Source: Leptospirales bacterium (GTDB lineage: Bacteria; Spirochaetota; Leptospiria; Turneriellales; JAOUFE01). Taken from it: DNA of 44,662 nucleotides. Shown here piece by piece: positions 8,588 to 17,419 of this stretch. Both the position numbers and the translations under genes were made by a program. The stretch lies in the NCBI GenBank assembly GCA_040326155.1, contig JBEQLE010000028.1, positions 1-44,662 on the forward strand. Reading direction: 5' to 3'. Positions within the stretch are counted from its first letter, which is position 1, and each line of letters begins with the position of its first letter. Below the pieces are notes generated by a model, which did no database searches, was not told where the DNA came from, and saw only the letters and a program-made list of their open reading frames with translations.

Positions 8588-11275
8588 CTAAAACTCAATC
8601 TCTGCTTTTTGCAAATACTTCATATGAGGAGAAAGAAATATATTATAGTAGTCTCCCCCGATAATAAACCTTTCCCCGTCGGTCTCTATTGAGTTGAGAT
8701 TTAGCGTGGTTGGAGAATTCATCGCTTTCCAGGTTTCTCCACTGTCGGTTGAAATGGCGATAAATCCACCGGCTCCAACGACCATCGCAACGGTGCCATG
8801 GCATTTTACTTGTTTTATCAATGTCTTTTCAAGTTCGTAAGAAAAAATCCCTGGGATTGAATTATATTTTTTCCACTTTTTCCCATTGCTCGATGTTAAT
8901 ATCATTCCATGACCAACTGCTATAAAACGGTCCGAACACCACTCTACATCGTACAGATGCTTAGCCCCGGTTAGTTGCATTTTCCACTTATGTCCATCCA
9001 TAGATAAAAATGTCCTTCCATTAAAACCAACGCCAACTAATACAGAGTCATTTTTCGCCATCGAAAACATGGGGTACCCATAGTATAAGAATTTGTCTAT
9101 TGTTTCCCATACCATTCCATCTTTGGAGTTATACATTATACCTTGGACTGCTGTGAGTATGTACTCTGAGCCAGTCCACAAGATATCCAGTAGGAAATAA
9201 TTTGCATTGGGTGCCACCATGCTCTCCCATGCTTTCCCATCAGGAGAGTAATACAATGCTCCATAATTGCCCATCATCACTAAGCCATCTCCGACCTGGA
9301 CGATTTTAGCTAAGTTGTAGAATTTCTCGATGTATTGCTGAACCCAGTGTTTACTTTCTGTAGAGGAAAATACTGCGCCTTTTTTACCAACTACTATTTT
9401 AATAGATTTACTGCTTGCAATTGATAACAGCTCGGCATCGGCTCGAATTTTCTCTTTTTGCCATGTCTTATTATAATGTGATTCATATATCGTGTTATCT
9501 TTAGTAAGAACGGTAAGAACATTTTCGCCTGTAAAGTAATCGATCACTGCCGAGGCAAAAGTTTTTAATTTGACATCTCCAGTATCGAGATTCAGGAAAA
9601 GAAGTTCTCCTGTTTCTTTTAAGCCGATAATGTTATTTTTATAACAACTAATGCGGTGGAGAGTGTGACCAAAGTTTGTTGCCAACTTTTTCCACATAGC
9701 ACCGTTTGAACTGCTTAATAATAAACCATTTTCTCCCGTTGTTACGAATCTGTTATTACACCATGTCACGTCATATAGATTTTCTTTGTACTGCAACTTG
9801 AGTTTAGTCCATGAATTTCCGGCTAACATAAGATTAATATTGCCACCATTGCCGACAACGACAAATATTTTCCCGTCGGTTGCAACTGAATTCATCTCTG
9901 TCGTGACATTCGTACTCTTCCCATATGCTGTTGTAATATAATTTCTGGTAATATTTTGCCATCGTTGCCCGTTGGGAGAAACCATTACTTCTCCGTTTGA
10001 TTTTAACGCAACATATTGAGTCCCCACCCATTTAACTCGAACAAACCGTTTACTGGAAAAATCTTTCACATTACCCCACTGCTTGCCGTCATGTGAAACT
10101 GCCAGTACCCCATTATCGCCTACTGCAATAAAATTCTTTCCGTTCGATGTGACATCTCTGATGTCAGACATTATAGGGAACCTTTGTCTATCCCAGTGTA
10201 CTCCTTTTTTCGACGTATAAATACCCGGATTGGGTCCAATACCTATATACTTGCCTTTGTACCACCTGATATCCGTTAATAACATAGGGGGGCTTTTGTG
10301 GGTATAATGCCAGTGGTTTGTGGCCTCTTCCAGAACATGAATACCGTTACCATACCCCAGACCGATGATTTTATCACGAAATGAAATAAACCGGTTTATT
10401 TTAGCAATTTCAGGGTATGTACGTGCCTCCCAGTTTTTTGCATCTTTAGAATACAACCATGTGTTCTTCGTCGTTTTTATAAAGTAAGACTTTTTACTTT
10501 TGATGATAAACCTTAAAGCGGTTTTCCCCGAAAAATCCTGATTTTCCCAGATCTCACCATCTTTTGATCTCATGACAATACCCGAAGCTCCCACGATAAT
10601 GAACCGGGATCCGTCCCAGATTATATCATATAAGTATGAATTCAAATCACATTTGCCCTTTTTGTGAATCCAATGTATGGCATCGCTTGAAGTCCAGATT
10701 GACCCACAAGCTGCCAACGCTACTATCTTTTTTTTTGAGCCGGCAACTTTAAATATATTTTTTGCCCCATTGAAATTAGTCTTACTTTTGCTCCATTGGC
10801 TCCCGTTAGTAGAGTACAAAATGGATTCCCAGCCGGTTGCTACAAACATACTACCGGTCCAGGTAACGGAGTACAGGTGATTTTTCGTTCCGGATTTTTC
10901 AATCTTCCAATTTTTTCCTTCTTCTCCTGATAATATCGTTCCGTTGCTTCCCACAATTACACACTTTTCCCGGTTACAAGCTGCGCCACTCAGTACTTGG
11001 GAGGTGGGGGATTTCTGTTGATACCAGGTGTAAGCATTCTTCGTAATGAAGATCTCCCCGCTCAAGCCAATCGCGATCGCGATTTTATCATTTGTAGCTC
11101 CGCCTTTGAAATATGTATTCACAGACCTCCATTGTTCATTGTTATCAATCCGGTGTATTATGATCGCATTTTCTTCCAGTATCGCATGTGGAGTACTTTG
11201 CATTACCGGAGCAAGAAATATTAATAATGACCATGTGCAGGTTTTATATAATGTTTGTAGCGATGTAAGTCTCAT
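8588..11275 (-). CDS. Secreted multi-beta-propeller (BNR/Ycf48-like) repeat protein
   Basis: N-terminal signal-like segment. About 20 repeats of LxDIxWxGxxFVAVGxxGxIxxSxDGxxW. Confidence 0.8.
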   Translation of the reverse strand: MRLTSLQTLYKTCTWSLLIFLAPVMQSTPHAILEENAIIIHRIDNNEQWRSVNTYFKGGATNDKIAIAIGLSGEIFITKNAYTWYQQKSPTSQVLSGAACNREKCVIVGSNGTILSGEEGKNWKIEKSGTKNHLYSVTWTGSMFVATGWESILYSTNGSQWSKSKTNFNGAKNIFKVAGSKKKIVALAACGSIWTSSDAIHWIHKKGKCDLNSYLYDIIWDGSRFIIVGASGIVMRSKDGEIWENQDFSGKTALRFIIKSKKSYFIKTTKNTWLYSKDAKNWEARTYPEIAKINRFISFRDKIIGLGYGNGIHVLEEATNHWHYTHKSPPMLLTDIRWYKGKYIGIGPNPGIYTSKKGVHWDRQRFPIMSDIRDVTSNGKNFIAVGDNGVLAVSHDGKQWGNVKDFSSKRFVRVKWVGTQYVALKSNGEVMVSPNGQRWQNITRNYITTAYGKSTNVTTEMNSVATDGKIFVVVGNGGNINLMLAGNSWTKLKLQYKENLYDVTWCNNRFVTTGENGLLLSSSNGAMWKKLATNFGHTLHRISCYKNNIIGLKETGELLFLNLDTGDVKLKTFASAVIDYFTGENVLTVLTKDNTIYESHYNKTWQKEKIRADAELLSIASSKSIKIVVGKKGAVFSSTESKHWVQQYIEKFYNLAKIVQVGDGLVMMGNYGALYYSPDGKAWESMVAPNANYFLLDILWTGSEYILTAVQGIMYNSKDGMVWETIDKFLYYGYPMFSMAKNDSVLVGVGFNGRTFLSMDGHKWKMQLTGAKHLYDVEWCSDRFIAVGHGMILTSSNGKKWKKYNSIPGIFSYELEKTLIKQVKCHGTVAMVVGAGGFIAISTDSGETWKAMNSPTTLNLNSIETDGERFIIGGDYYNIFLSPHMKYLQKAEIEF

Positions 11276-11280
11276 CCACC

Positions 11281-11309
11281 AATAAATTTCAAAGAGGTAT
11301 ATTTGTCAA
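11281..11309 (-). promoter_or_regulatory. Putative sigma-70 promoter, possibly giving a leaderless mRNA
   Basis: Minus strand TTGACA-17 nt-TTTATT-5 nt-ATG(11275). Confidence 0.4.
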
Positions 11310-11513
11310 CAGGTATTGGGCGAAACTTTCAGATTAAAAAACATAGTAGCGCTTCTAATTCAACCAAAAAATTCCAAAAACTGTCACTTCGTCGGGCCTC
11401 CGCTTTCGGTTGCCAGGCCAAAACCACTCTTTGTGTGTATAAAAATCAATTGAAATTACAGCAGATTAAATAAATCAGGTAAACTTATTATATAGAAACG
11501 AAAGGAGAAATGA

Positions 11514-11924
11514 ATGAATACAATTGGTAAGAAGAATATGATTTTCGGCTTTGCTTATATTATTATAACCGTATGTCTGGGAATTTTTTTAGGAAATAAG
11601 TTAGGTACTACAGATCCGAATTGGGCGAATAGTACGGCTCACCATCTATTGAAAGCTGCGCATGCTCACGGGAATCTGGAGGGAGTATTAAACATTATTA
11701 TTGGTTTAATACTTTGCCGTTATGGCTCAAAAACATTGATGCTTACAAAAGTGGCGTCCATTTTAGCTATTGCTGCGGCTGTTTTCCATTCCGGCATGTT
11801 ATTGCTTGGCGGTTTAGGACTTCTCTTCGCTATGAAACTTGGTATTTTTGGCGGCGTTTCCATGCTGGCCACTATGATTTTGATGATAGTGATTTTATAT
11901 AAAGGTGTTACAGAAGAACAGTAA
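11514..11924 (+). CDS. Small 4-TM membrane protein with HAHGNL motif (function unknown)
   Basis: AAGGAG RBS. Four hydrophobic helices, His cluster AHHLLKAAHAHGNL and a further His in VFHSG. Confidence 0.75.
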   Translation: MNTIGKKNMIFGFAYIIITVCLGIFLGNKLGTTDPNWANSTAHHLLKAAHAHGNLEGVLNIIIGLILCRYGSKTLMLTKVASILAIAAAVFHSGMLLLGGLGLLFAMKLGIFGGVSMLATMILMIVILYKGVTEEQ

Positions 11925-11958
11925 TCTGTTAACCTGAAGCCTACGGGCCTGGAATTTT

Positions 11959-12005
11959 CGGCGGCATCGCTTACGAATAAAACTTTCGTAGGCGAAGTGC
12001 CGCCG
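11959..12005. repeat. Long GC-rich inverted repeat between convergent genes (REP-like or terminator)
   Basis: CGGCGGCA-TCGCTTACGAA-taaaact-TTCGTAGGCGA-ag-TGCCGCCG. Looser pairing extends to about 11938-12030. Confidence 0.7.
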
Positions 12006-12150
12006 TTTTACCGGTACCGGTCTGGGCTATGCCTAGAACAAAAGGTATGGTTTCTCTTTGAATGCTGAGTCCCGCCCGGTGAGCACGCGCCTGAACAGAT
12101 TAAAATTTGTTATCTACTCGACAGCAAACACATAATTGTAATGTATCATG

Positions 12151-12633
12151 TTACAGCACTTTAGACAAGTTTTCATGCTTAGCATCTAACGCGATCAGGT
12201 AGGGAGCTGCATAGTTCTTATACTCTTTCTTCCTTTCATTTGGCAAATTTTTCCATCCGGTTATATTACCAAGACATCGCTTTGAACCACACATACATTG
12301 TTTTGGGAAGAAATCAACATTATAATTCCGCATTGCATAATCAAATGTTGTTTCTTCATTGATAGAAATCTTCTTAAAGGCAATAAAATCATGAGCCCCT
12401 GTTGCATTTATTTGAATGCCACAATTTGGGTCACAAGAGTGATTGACTTTAGTAATTAAACCATCGTGAAATGCGTAATCATTTTCGCCTATCTGAGAAG
12501 CATGCGAGTGATTTTGAGTTGATAATATTTTGAAAACTCCGACCATTACAATGTCGCCAATATTAAAAGATCTAGTTGCAAAGACTCCTTCACCTTTCTT
12601 GGAAGTACTTCTTAGTTCATATCCTAATTTCAT
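12151..12633 (-). CDS. SET domain protein-lysine methyltransferase with post-SET motif
   Basis: KGEGVFA, NHSCDPNC, EETTFDY, post-SET CMCGSKRC. Confidence 0.9.
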   Translation of the reverse strand: MKLGYELRSTSKKGEGVFATRSFNIGDIVMVGVFKILSTQNHSHASQIGENDYAFHDGLITKVNHSCDPNCGIQINATGAHDFIAFKKISINEETTFDYAMRNYNVDFFPKQCMCGSKRCLGNITGWKNLPNERKKEYKNYAAPYLIALDAKHENLSKVL

Positions 12634-12828
12634 GTGTAACCTCAGTATCGATTAAAGATTATTATAGAGAATTCTTGTTGCAAAGGAATTGGAAAAATTT
12701 TCAGGTAACAGAGAATAGTATTCAATATAACTACAGCATGTTTGTATTGTCACTCTAAGAGTAAAGGATCTTTATTGATTGAATATTAGTACAAAAGAAG
12801 AAAAGTAACCCTAACTTAAAATTCACAT

Positions 12829-12975
12829 TTAGATACATATCATTGTTCGACCCGAGGGCCTATTGGTTTTAAACGCCGCACCATCGAGAAAAGTGCCTTT
12901 TAGATGGGGCAGAATTTTCAAAAGGATACCATGATTGGCTAAATACTTTATAGCAAGTTCGGATAAATCATGCAT
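12829..12975 (-). pseudogene. Internal fragment of a HigA-type (COG5499-like) HTH/ImmA-IrrE antitoxin
   Basis: My translation: MHDLSELAIKYLANHGILLKILPHLKGTFLDGAAFKTNRPSGRTMICI*. LAxHGI..(L/E)PHLxxTxLDGAA is the segment that precedes the HExxH region in that family. The HTH and HExxH parts are missing. Confidence 0.6.
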
Positions 12976-13098
12976 AATACATAAACACGCCAAGCCTTTC
13001 AGGCAAATGCAAATTTCTCTCGAACTCGGCTGTTTGGATAATGGGGGCGTCCGAACCGGATCGGGATTATTCTACAAAGTCATTAGACGAAAGCCTTA

Positions 13099-13272
13099 TT
13101 ATTTAGAGTTCAATTTATTAATTACATCATAAATATTTGCTGTTTTGGTTATTTTAGCATTTTGAATGTAATCGAACTTTGGGTTAAGGCCAAATTTTTT
13201 CATAATTTCTACTTCTAAATCTTTATCATCTAATTCAAAAAACCCAATAATTTCATAGTCACCATAAAAAGT
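13099..13272 (-). pseudogene. Start-less AT-rich 3' gene remnant directly downstream of ccmB
   Basis: Open frame TFYGDYEIIGFFELDDKDLEVEIMKKFGLNPKFDYIQNAKITKTANIYDVINKLNSK*, bounded upstream by an in-frame TAA. Composition is protein-like but the family was not recognised. Confidence 0.3.
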
Positions 13273-13300
13273 TTATTAAACGGCCTTTGCACCAAACGAA

Positions 13301-14029
13301 CTACTCTTCCCAGAGAAAATCGTACAAGATAATTCCGGCGGCGATGTATAAAAAGGCGTAAGCCGATTCAAGGGTGAGCATATGCATGCCAGAAAAGAGA
13401 TCTTGTGATGTATAAACAAGTCTTGTGTAAGAAGCGCCGGTGATGATGGCGGGTAACGAGAGTGGGAAAAACACAATAAACAATAAGACGTGGCGAAAAC
13501 GAGAGTGCAGGGCGAGCACAGACGTGATCTGACCTAAAAAGGCAATACCTGTTGAGGCGATGAGGCCGGTAAAAAATACCTGTGCCAGAAATACCCAGGC
13601 GATGGAGGAGAAAAAACCTTCAGGAGCCATTATCTTTATGTGGGGTGAGCCAAATAAAAATACCCAGGCTGTTATTTCTACGGCCCATAAAATAGTTAAT
13701 GTGATGAGAGCAGCAATTGATTTCCCTAGAAAGTTTATGTAACCATCGGCCCCGGAAATTTTAATGGCTCTGAGAGCATTTTTTTCCCACTCCCATTCCT
13801 GAGAGGCCAGTAGCGAAAAAATACTTGAAATCAGGTGAACGGCCCACAGAATACTTACGGCAACGTTAAAGGTCAGGCCGTCGGTGGGGTAGGTAAACCG
13901 AAATAAAAAATAGAGGCCGATGGCAAAAACTACCGAAACTGTAAAAAAACCAGTGCCTCGAAAATAGAGGTGCAGCTCTTTTTTTAAGACCGAGAGAAAC
14001 ACTCTACCGGGATTACTCATGAGAGCCAC
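13301..14029 (-). CDS. ccmB: Heme exporter permease CcmB
   Basis: LKKELHLYFR N-terminus, about 6 TM helices, LFIVFFPLSLPAII motif, C-terminal LYDFLWEE. Overlaps ccmA. Confidence 0.8.
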   Translation of the reverse strand: MALMSNPGRVFLSVLKKELHLYFRGTGFFTVSVVFAIGLYFLFRFTYPTDGLTFNVAVSILWAVHLISSIFSLLASQEWEWEKNALRAIKISGADGYINFLGKSIAALITLTILWAVEITAWVFLFGSPHIKIMAPEGFFSSIAWVFLAQVFFTGLIASTGIAFLGQITSVLALHSRFRHVLLFIVFFPLSLPAIITGASYTRLVYTSQDLFSGMHMLTLESAYAFLYIAAGIILYDFLWEE

Positions 14030-14715
14030 TCCCGAATTTGCTTTAAAGGAATATCTTTGCGTGGTTTCATCTCTTTTATAGAACCGTTATCGATAAACCA
14101 AACTTCTTCGCAGTGTTCATACGCACGCGAAATGTCATGATCAACAAATACATAGCTTTGAATTTTCCAGTTAAAATCGTTCACACCCCGGTTTTCCAGA
14201 ATCGATAATAACAGCTTTTGACCGCGAATATCAAGTCCGGTAAAAGGTTCGTCAAAAAAAACCACTTCAGGGCGAGCTAATAACAGGCGAGCAAGCATCA
14301 ACCTTTGCAACATCCCTCGAGAGTACCCATCGACTGTTTTATGCTTATGCTTTTCAAGTCCTGTGTATGCAAGTGCCTTAGTTATATCGGCAGCAGAAAC
14401 CTCTCCATACAAACTTTGAAAAAAAGTAAGATTTTCAACAGCGTTTAACCGGTGGTACAACATACTCTGGTGACTCATCAGTTGCATCGTATGGTGAAAT
14501 GCCTTTTTATTCAGACCTCGTCCATAACTAAGGTCTCCTTCCTGGGCGCGATACACACCTGACAAAAGATAAAGTAGAGTACTTTTGCCAGCCCCGTTAG
14601 CCCCGAAAAGTGAGATGTAAGAATCAGGATGAATTTTACCAGAAGCCGAACGAACAGCCCATTGGTATCCGTATTGCTTTCCGAGATTATCAAATTTTAA
14701 ATAGTGATCATCCAT
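14017..14715 (-). CDS. ccmA: Heme exporter ABC ATPase CcmA
   Basis: Walker A GANGAGKST, signature YSRGMLQR, Walker B FFDEPFTGLD, H-loop VDHD. Adjacent to ccmB. Confidence 0.8.
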   Translation of the reverse strand: MDDHYLKFDNLGKQYGYQWAVRSASGKIHPDSYISLFGANGAGKSTLLYLLSGVYRAQEGDLSYGRGLNKKAFHHTMQLMSHQSMLYHRLNAVENLTFFQSLYGEVSAADITKALAYTGLEKHKHKTVDGYSRGMLQRLMLARLLLARPEVVFFDEPFTGLDIRGQKLLLSILENRGVNDFNWKIQSYVFVDHDISRAYEHCEEVWFIDNGSIKEMKPRKDIPLKQIREWLS

Positions 14716-14730
14716 TTGTCGTATAAATAA

Positions 14731-15906
14731 TTATTTCAGAAAATCGTTTAAATATAAAAGCCTACGCTCTAATTGTTTTCTGCGGCTATTCTTTCTGGTT
14801 TCTGAAAGAATCGTTTTATCCAGATTTTGCAGGTCGAATTCAATTCGGTTTTTACTTTTAGCTCTTTGGTTTTGCAGCCACGAAGGATTTATGTTTAAAT
14901 AATACATAATTGCGATTGTAAGTAGAATAAAAATTACCGGCATCAATATTTTAAAATCAATAGAAACTGTTGGCTCAATAGTAGTGGGCGCGCTTTGTTT
15001 CAGCCCGGACAGGTTCGGGGGTAGCGGTTCAGGAATTCCTCCTGAAATTACCAGTGTCATGCGTTTATCATGGTCTGGAAGCGATATTGAATCTATTTCC
15101 AGGGTTTCATTGAGACGAACGGTTGTATCCCAGTCTGCGTTTTCTTTTAGAGCCAGTGACATCCCCTCCATATCAAAAACGATCACTGGGTTATCCTCCT
15201 GGGGGTATATATTTTGCATCGGAATTTCGACTTCGTTACCGTCATATTTAAAGGCTTCCCAGAGAGTGATCACATTTGAGCCAGGTTCTAACGCTGATTT
15301 TACCAGATAGATAGAATTTTTTTCATCTATAGAAGCGAGCGCTACTGGAAAGGCACTCTCCGGAGTATCTTCAGAAAAACTTTTATAGACAGTTGCTTCA
15401 GCCGCTATTGTTTCTTTCGGAATGTAGACCAGGAAACCTTTGTCCGGCGCGCCGGGGTCCGCATAAACCGACTGGGTCACGTTTTGAAAAATATACATTG
15501 TTTTGAGAATTAAAAAACCATCGTAATAACTTATGTAAATTACTTTATACAGGTCAATCGATTCATCAAAATCGTAAGTAACTTCGAAAACATCGACATT
15601 TACTTTTTCGAGTTTCTTTTTTTGGTAATGAATGACTTTAATGTAATCAATCGTTTTATATTTTAGTTTTACTAGATAAGTAATTTTAGGGTCATCGGGT
15701 AAGTTTGGAAAATTCACCCTTGGACCCGGTTTTTCTTTATGAACAAGAACTTTTTGAGTATGAGGATCAATCAACTCAATATAATCTAGACCGTAAGCGG
15801 CCATTTTCTTCGTCTTGTTTTTTACATTTACCTGAATTTCAAAGGCGTTTACTGCGGTGGCAAGTAAGGCCCAGGTAAAAATTGCTATAATTACTTGTTT
15901 TATCAT
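14731..15906 (-). CDS. Uncharacterised exported protein with C-terminal TM anchor inside the ccm cluster
   Basis: Signal peptide ending AVNA, beta-rich body, TM helix ILMPVIFILLTIAIMYYL and a basic cytoplasmic tail. ATGA-type overlap with the upstream gene. Confidence 0.75.
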   Translation of the reverse strand: MIKQVIIAIFTWALLATAVNAFEIQVNVKNKTKKMAAYGLDYIELIDPHTQKVLVHKEKPGPRVNFPNLPDDPKITYLVKLKYKTIDYIKVIHYQKKKLEKVNVDVFEVTYDFDESIDLYKVIYISYYDGFLILKTMYIFQNVTQSVYADPGAPDKGFLVYIPKETIAAEATVYKSFSEDTPESAFPVALASIDEKNSIYLVKSALEPGSNVITLWEAFKYDGNEVEIPMQNIYPQEDNPVIVFDMEGMSLALKENADWDTTVRLNETLEIDSISLPDHDKRMTLVISGGIPEPLPPNLSGLKQSAPTTIEPTVSIDFKILMPVIFILLTIAIMYYLNINPSWLQNQRAKSKNRIEFDLQNLDKTILSETRKNSRRKQLERRLLYLNDFLK

Positions 15907-16208
15907 AATGTTTTTGATTTTAATCGGTTTAGTTGTTCTTCTGAATACTTCCAGTCGATCAGCATTTCATCTTTTATAGATTCGAAATCTCCCGGATCAA
16001 TTTTTCCAATTTTGTTTTCCTGGTCAAGATCTCGCAGGGCGAGCTTTAAGCTTTGAATATGATCGCTGAGTTGCTCTATCTTTGAATCTTTACTAGACCT
16101 GTTTTCGAGGTAATTTGCCTCTAGTGCAACATTGGCCCCTTGAATAAAAGGGAGAGTAAGGTATATTAGAGAGCCAATACACAATATAGTGAAAATAATA
16201 TAAATCAT
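15903..16208 (-). CDS. CcmI N-terminal-like membrane-anchored protein
   Basis: TM helix ending LPF, then ALRDLDQENKIGKIDPGDFESIK (the LxDLxxExxxGKIxxxDY-type motif). ccm gene context. Confidence 0.65.
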   Translation of the reverse strand: MIYIIFTILCIGSLIYLTLPFIQGANVALEANYLENRSSKDSKIEQLSDHIQSLKLALRDLDQENKIGKIDPGDFESIKDEMLIDWKYSEEQLNRLKSKTL

Positions 16209-16294
16209 AGTTTATTCCTGACAAACAGCACTATCTGTAAGACATTGCTTGTTCTCTATATCCCAACAATTCACTTGTAATGTTTTGTACAGGA

Positions 16295-17416
16295 TTATCT
16301 TGAAAAAATCTCGAGCCATTTGCTTTTAAACTCCGTTAAAGTACCTGAGACGATGTTTTGTCGTATATTATCCATGAATTGCTTCATAAAGAAAAGGTTA
16401 TGGTAACTGCTTAAATTATAAGCGAGTATCTCTTTTGCTTTGTGTAAATGGCGAATATATCCCAGGCTGTACCTTTGGCAAACCCGACATTCGCACTCAG
16501 CGTCAATTGGCGTATCTTTTAATTTATTATATTCGGCCCTCAGATTAACTTTTCCAGTTGAGGTAAAAACCTGGCCGTTTCTCGCATTTCTTGTCGGTAA
16601 AACACAATCAAACATGTCGACCCCCATACTGACAGCATAAAGTATTTCAGGAATGGACCCCACTCCCATTAAGTATCGTGGTTTGTCTTTGGGCAGGTTT
16701 TGGCAAGAGGCATTCATGGCTTCTAGGAATTCGTTGTTTTTTTCCCCAACGGAGAGCCCCCCGATGGCGTTTCCGGGCAGGTCGAGTTCAGCAATGGCTT
16801 TTGCCGACTCAACTCTTTTTTGTATGTCAGCTCCGCCCTGGACAATTCCAAACAGGCTTTGTTTCTCGTTATAGCCTTTGGCCAGCCAATGGTGTTTAGA
16901 GCGATGCAACCACTCATGAGTTCTTTTCAGTGATTCGTCAATTCGTTTTGCATCGGCCGGGTAGGGGGCGCAATCGTCCAGCGGCATAACAATATCACTT
17001 CCAATATCAGCTTGATAATCGAGTACATTTTCAGGTGTAAAAAAGTGAGAACTTCCATCGTGGTGAGACTTAAAGTTCACTCCGTCATCGGTATACTTTG
17101 TCAATCCGGAGAGGGAAAATGCTTGAAAACCTCCGGAGTCCGTAAGCATTCGGCGAGGCCAAGACATGAAGTTTTTCACTCCCCCAAACTCTTTTATAAG
17201 GGTTGTTCCGGGTCGTAAATACAAATGGTAGGTATTGGCTAATATCAGGTTATAGCCGATCTCTTCGAGGTCATCTTGACTTAATGCCTTCACCGTAGCC
17301 TGGGTTCCAACCGGCATAAAGACAGGGGTTTGCACCTGGTCTTTGTTTTCAAAAGTAAGAAGACCCGCCCTGGAATGGTCTTCCGTCTTTTCAATTTCAA
17401 ATTTTAGAACACTCAT
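16295..17416 (-). CDS. tgt: tRNA-guanine(34) transglycosylase
   Basis: TPVFMPVGTQATVK, ANTYHL, TDSGGFQ, GIVQGG, YLMGVG, DCVLPTRNARNG, Zn site CECRVC...H. Confidence 0.98.
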   Translation of the reverse strand: MSVLKFEIEKTEDHSRAGLLTFENKDQVQTPVFMPVGTQATVKALSQDDLEEIGYNLILANTYHLYLRPGTTLIKEFGGVKNFMSWPRRMLTDSGGFQAFSLSGLTKYTDDGVNFKSHHDGSSHFFTPENVLDYQADIGSDIVMPLDDCAPYPADAKRIDESLKRTHEWLHRSKHHWLAKGYNEKQSLFGIVQGGADIQKRVESAKAIAELDLPGNAIGGLSVGEKNNEFLEAMNASCQNLPKDKPRYLMGVGSIPEILYAVSMGVDMFDCVLPTRNARNGQVFTSTGKVNLRAEYNKLKDTPIDAECECRVCQRYSLGYIRHLHKAKEILAYNLSSYHNLFFMKQFMDNIRQNIVSGTLTEFKSKWLEIFSR

Positions 17417-17419
17417 GTT

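Noticed and set aside
12845..12883. GTTCGA...GCACCA resembling a tRNA 3' end
   Set aside because: The spacing is wrong, no cloverleaf forms, and the opposite strand is better explained as the antitoxin fragment.
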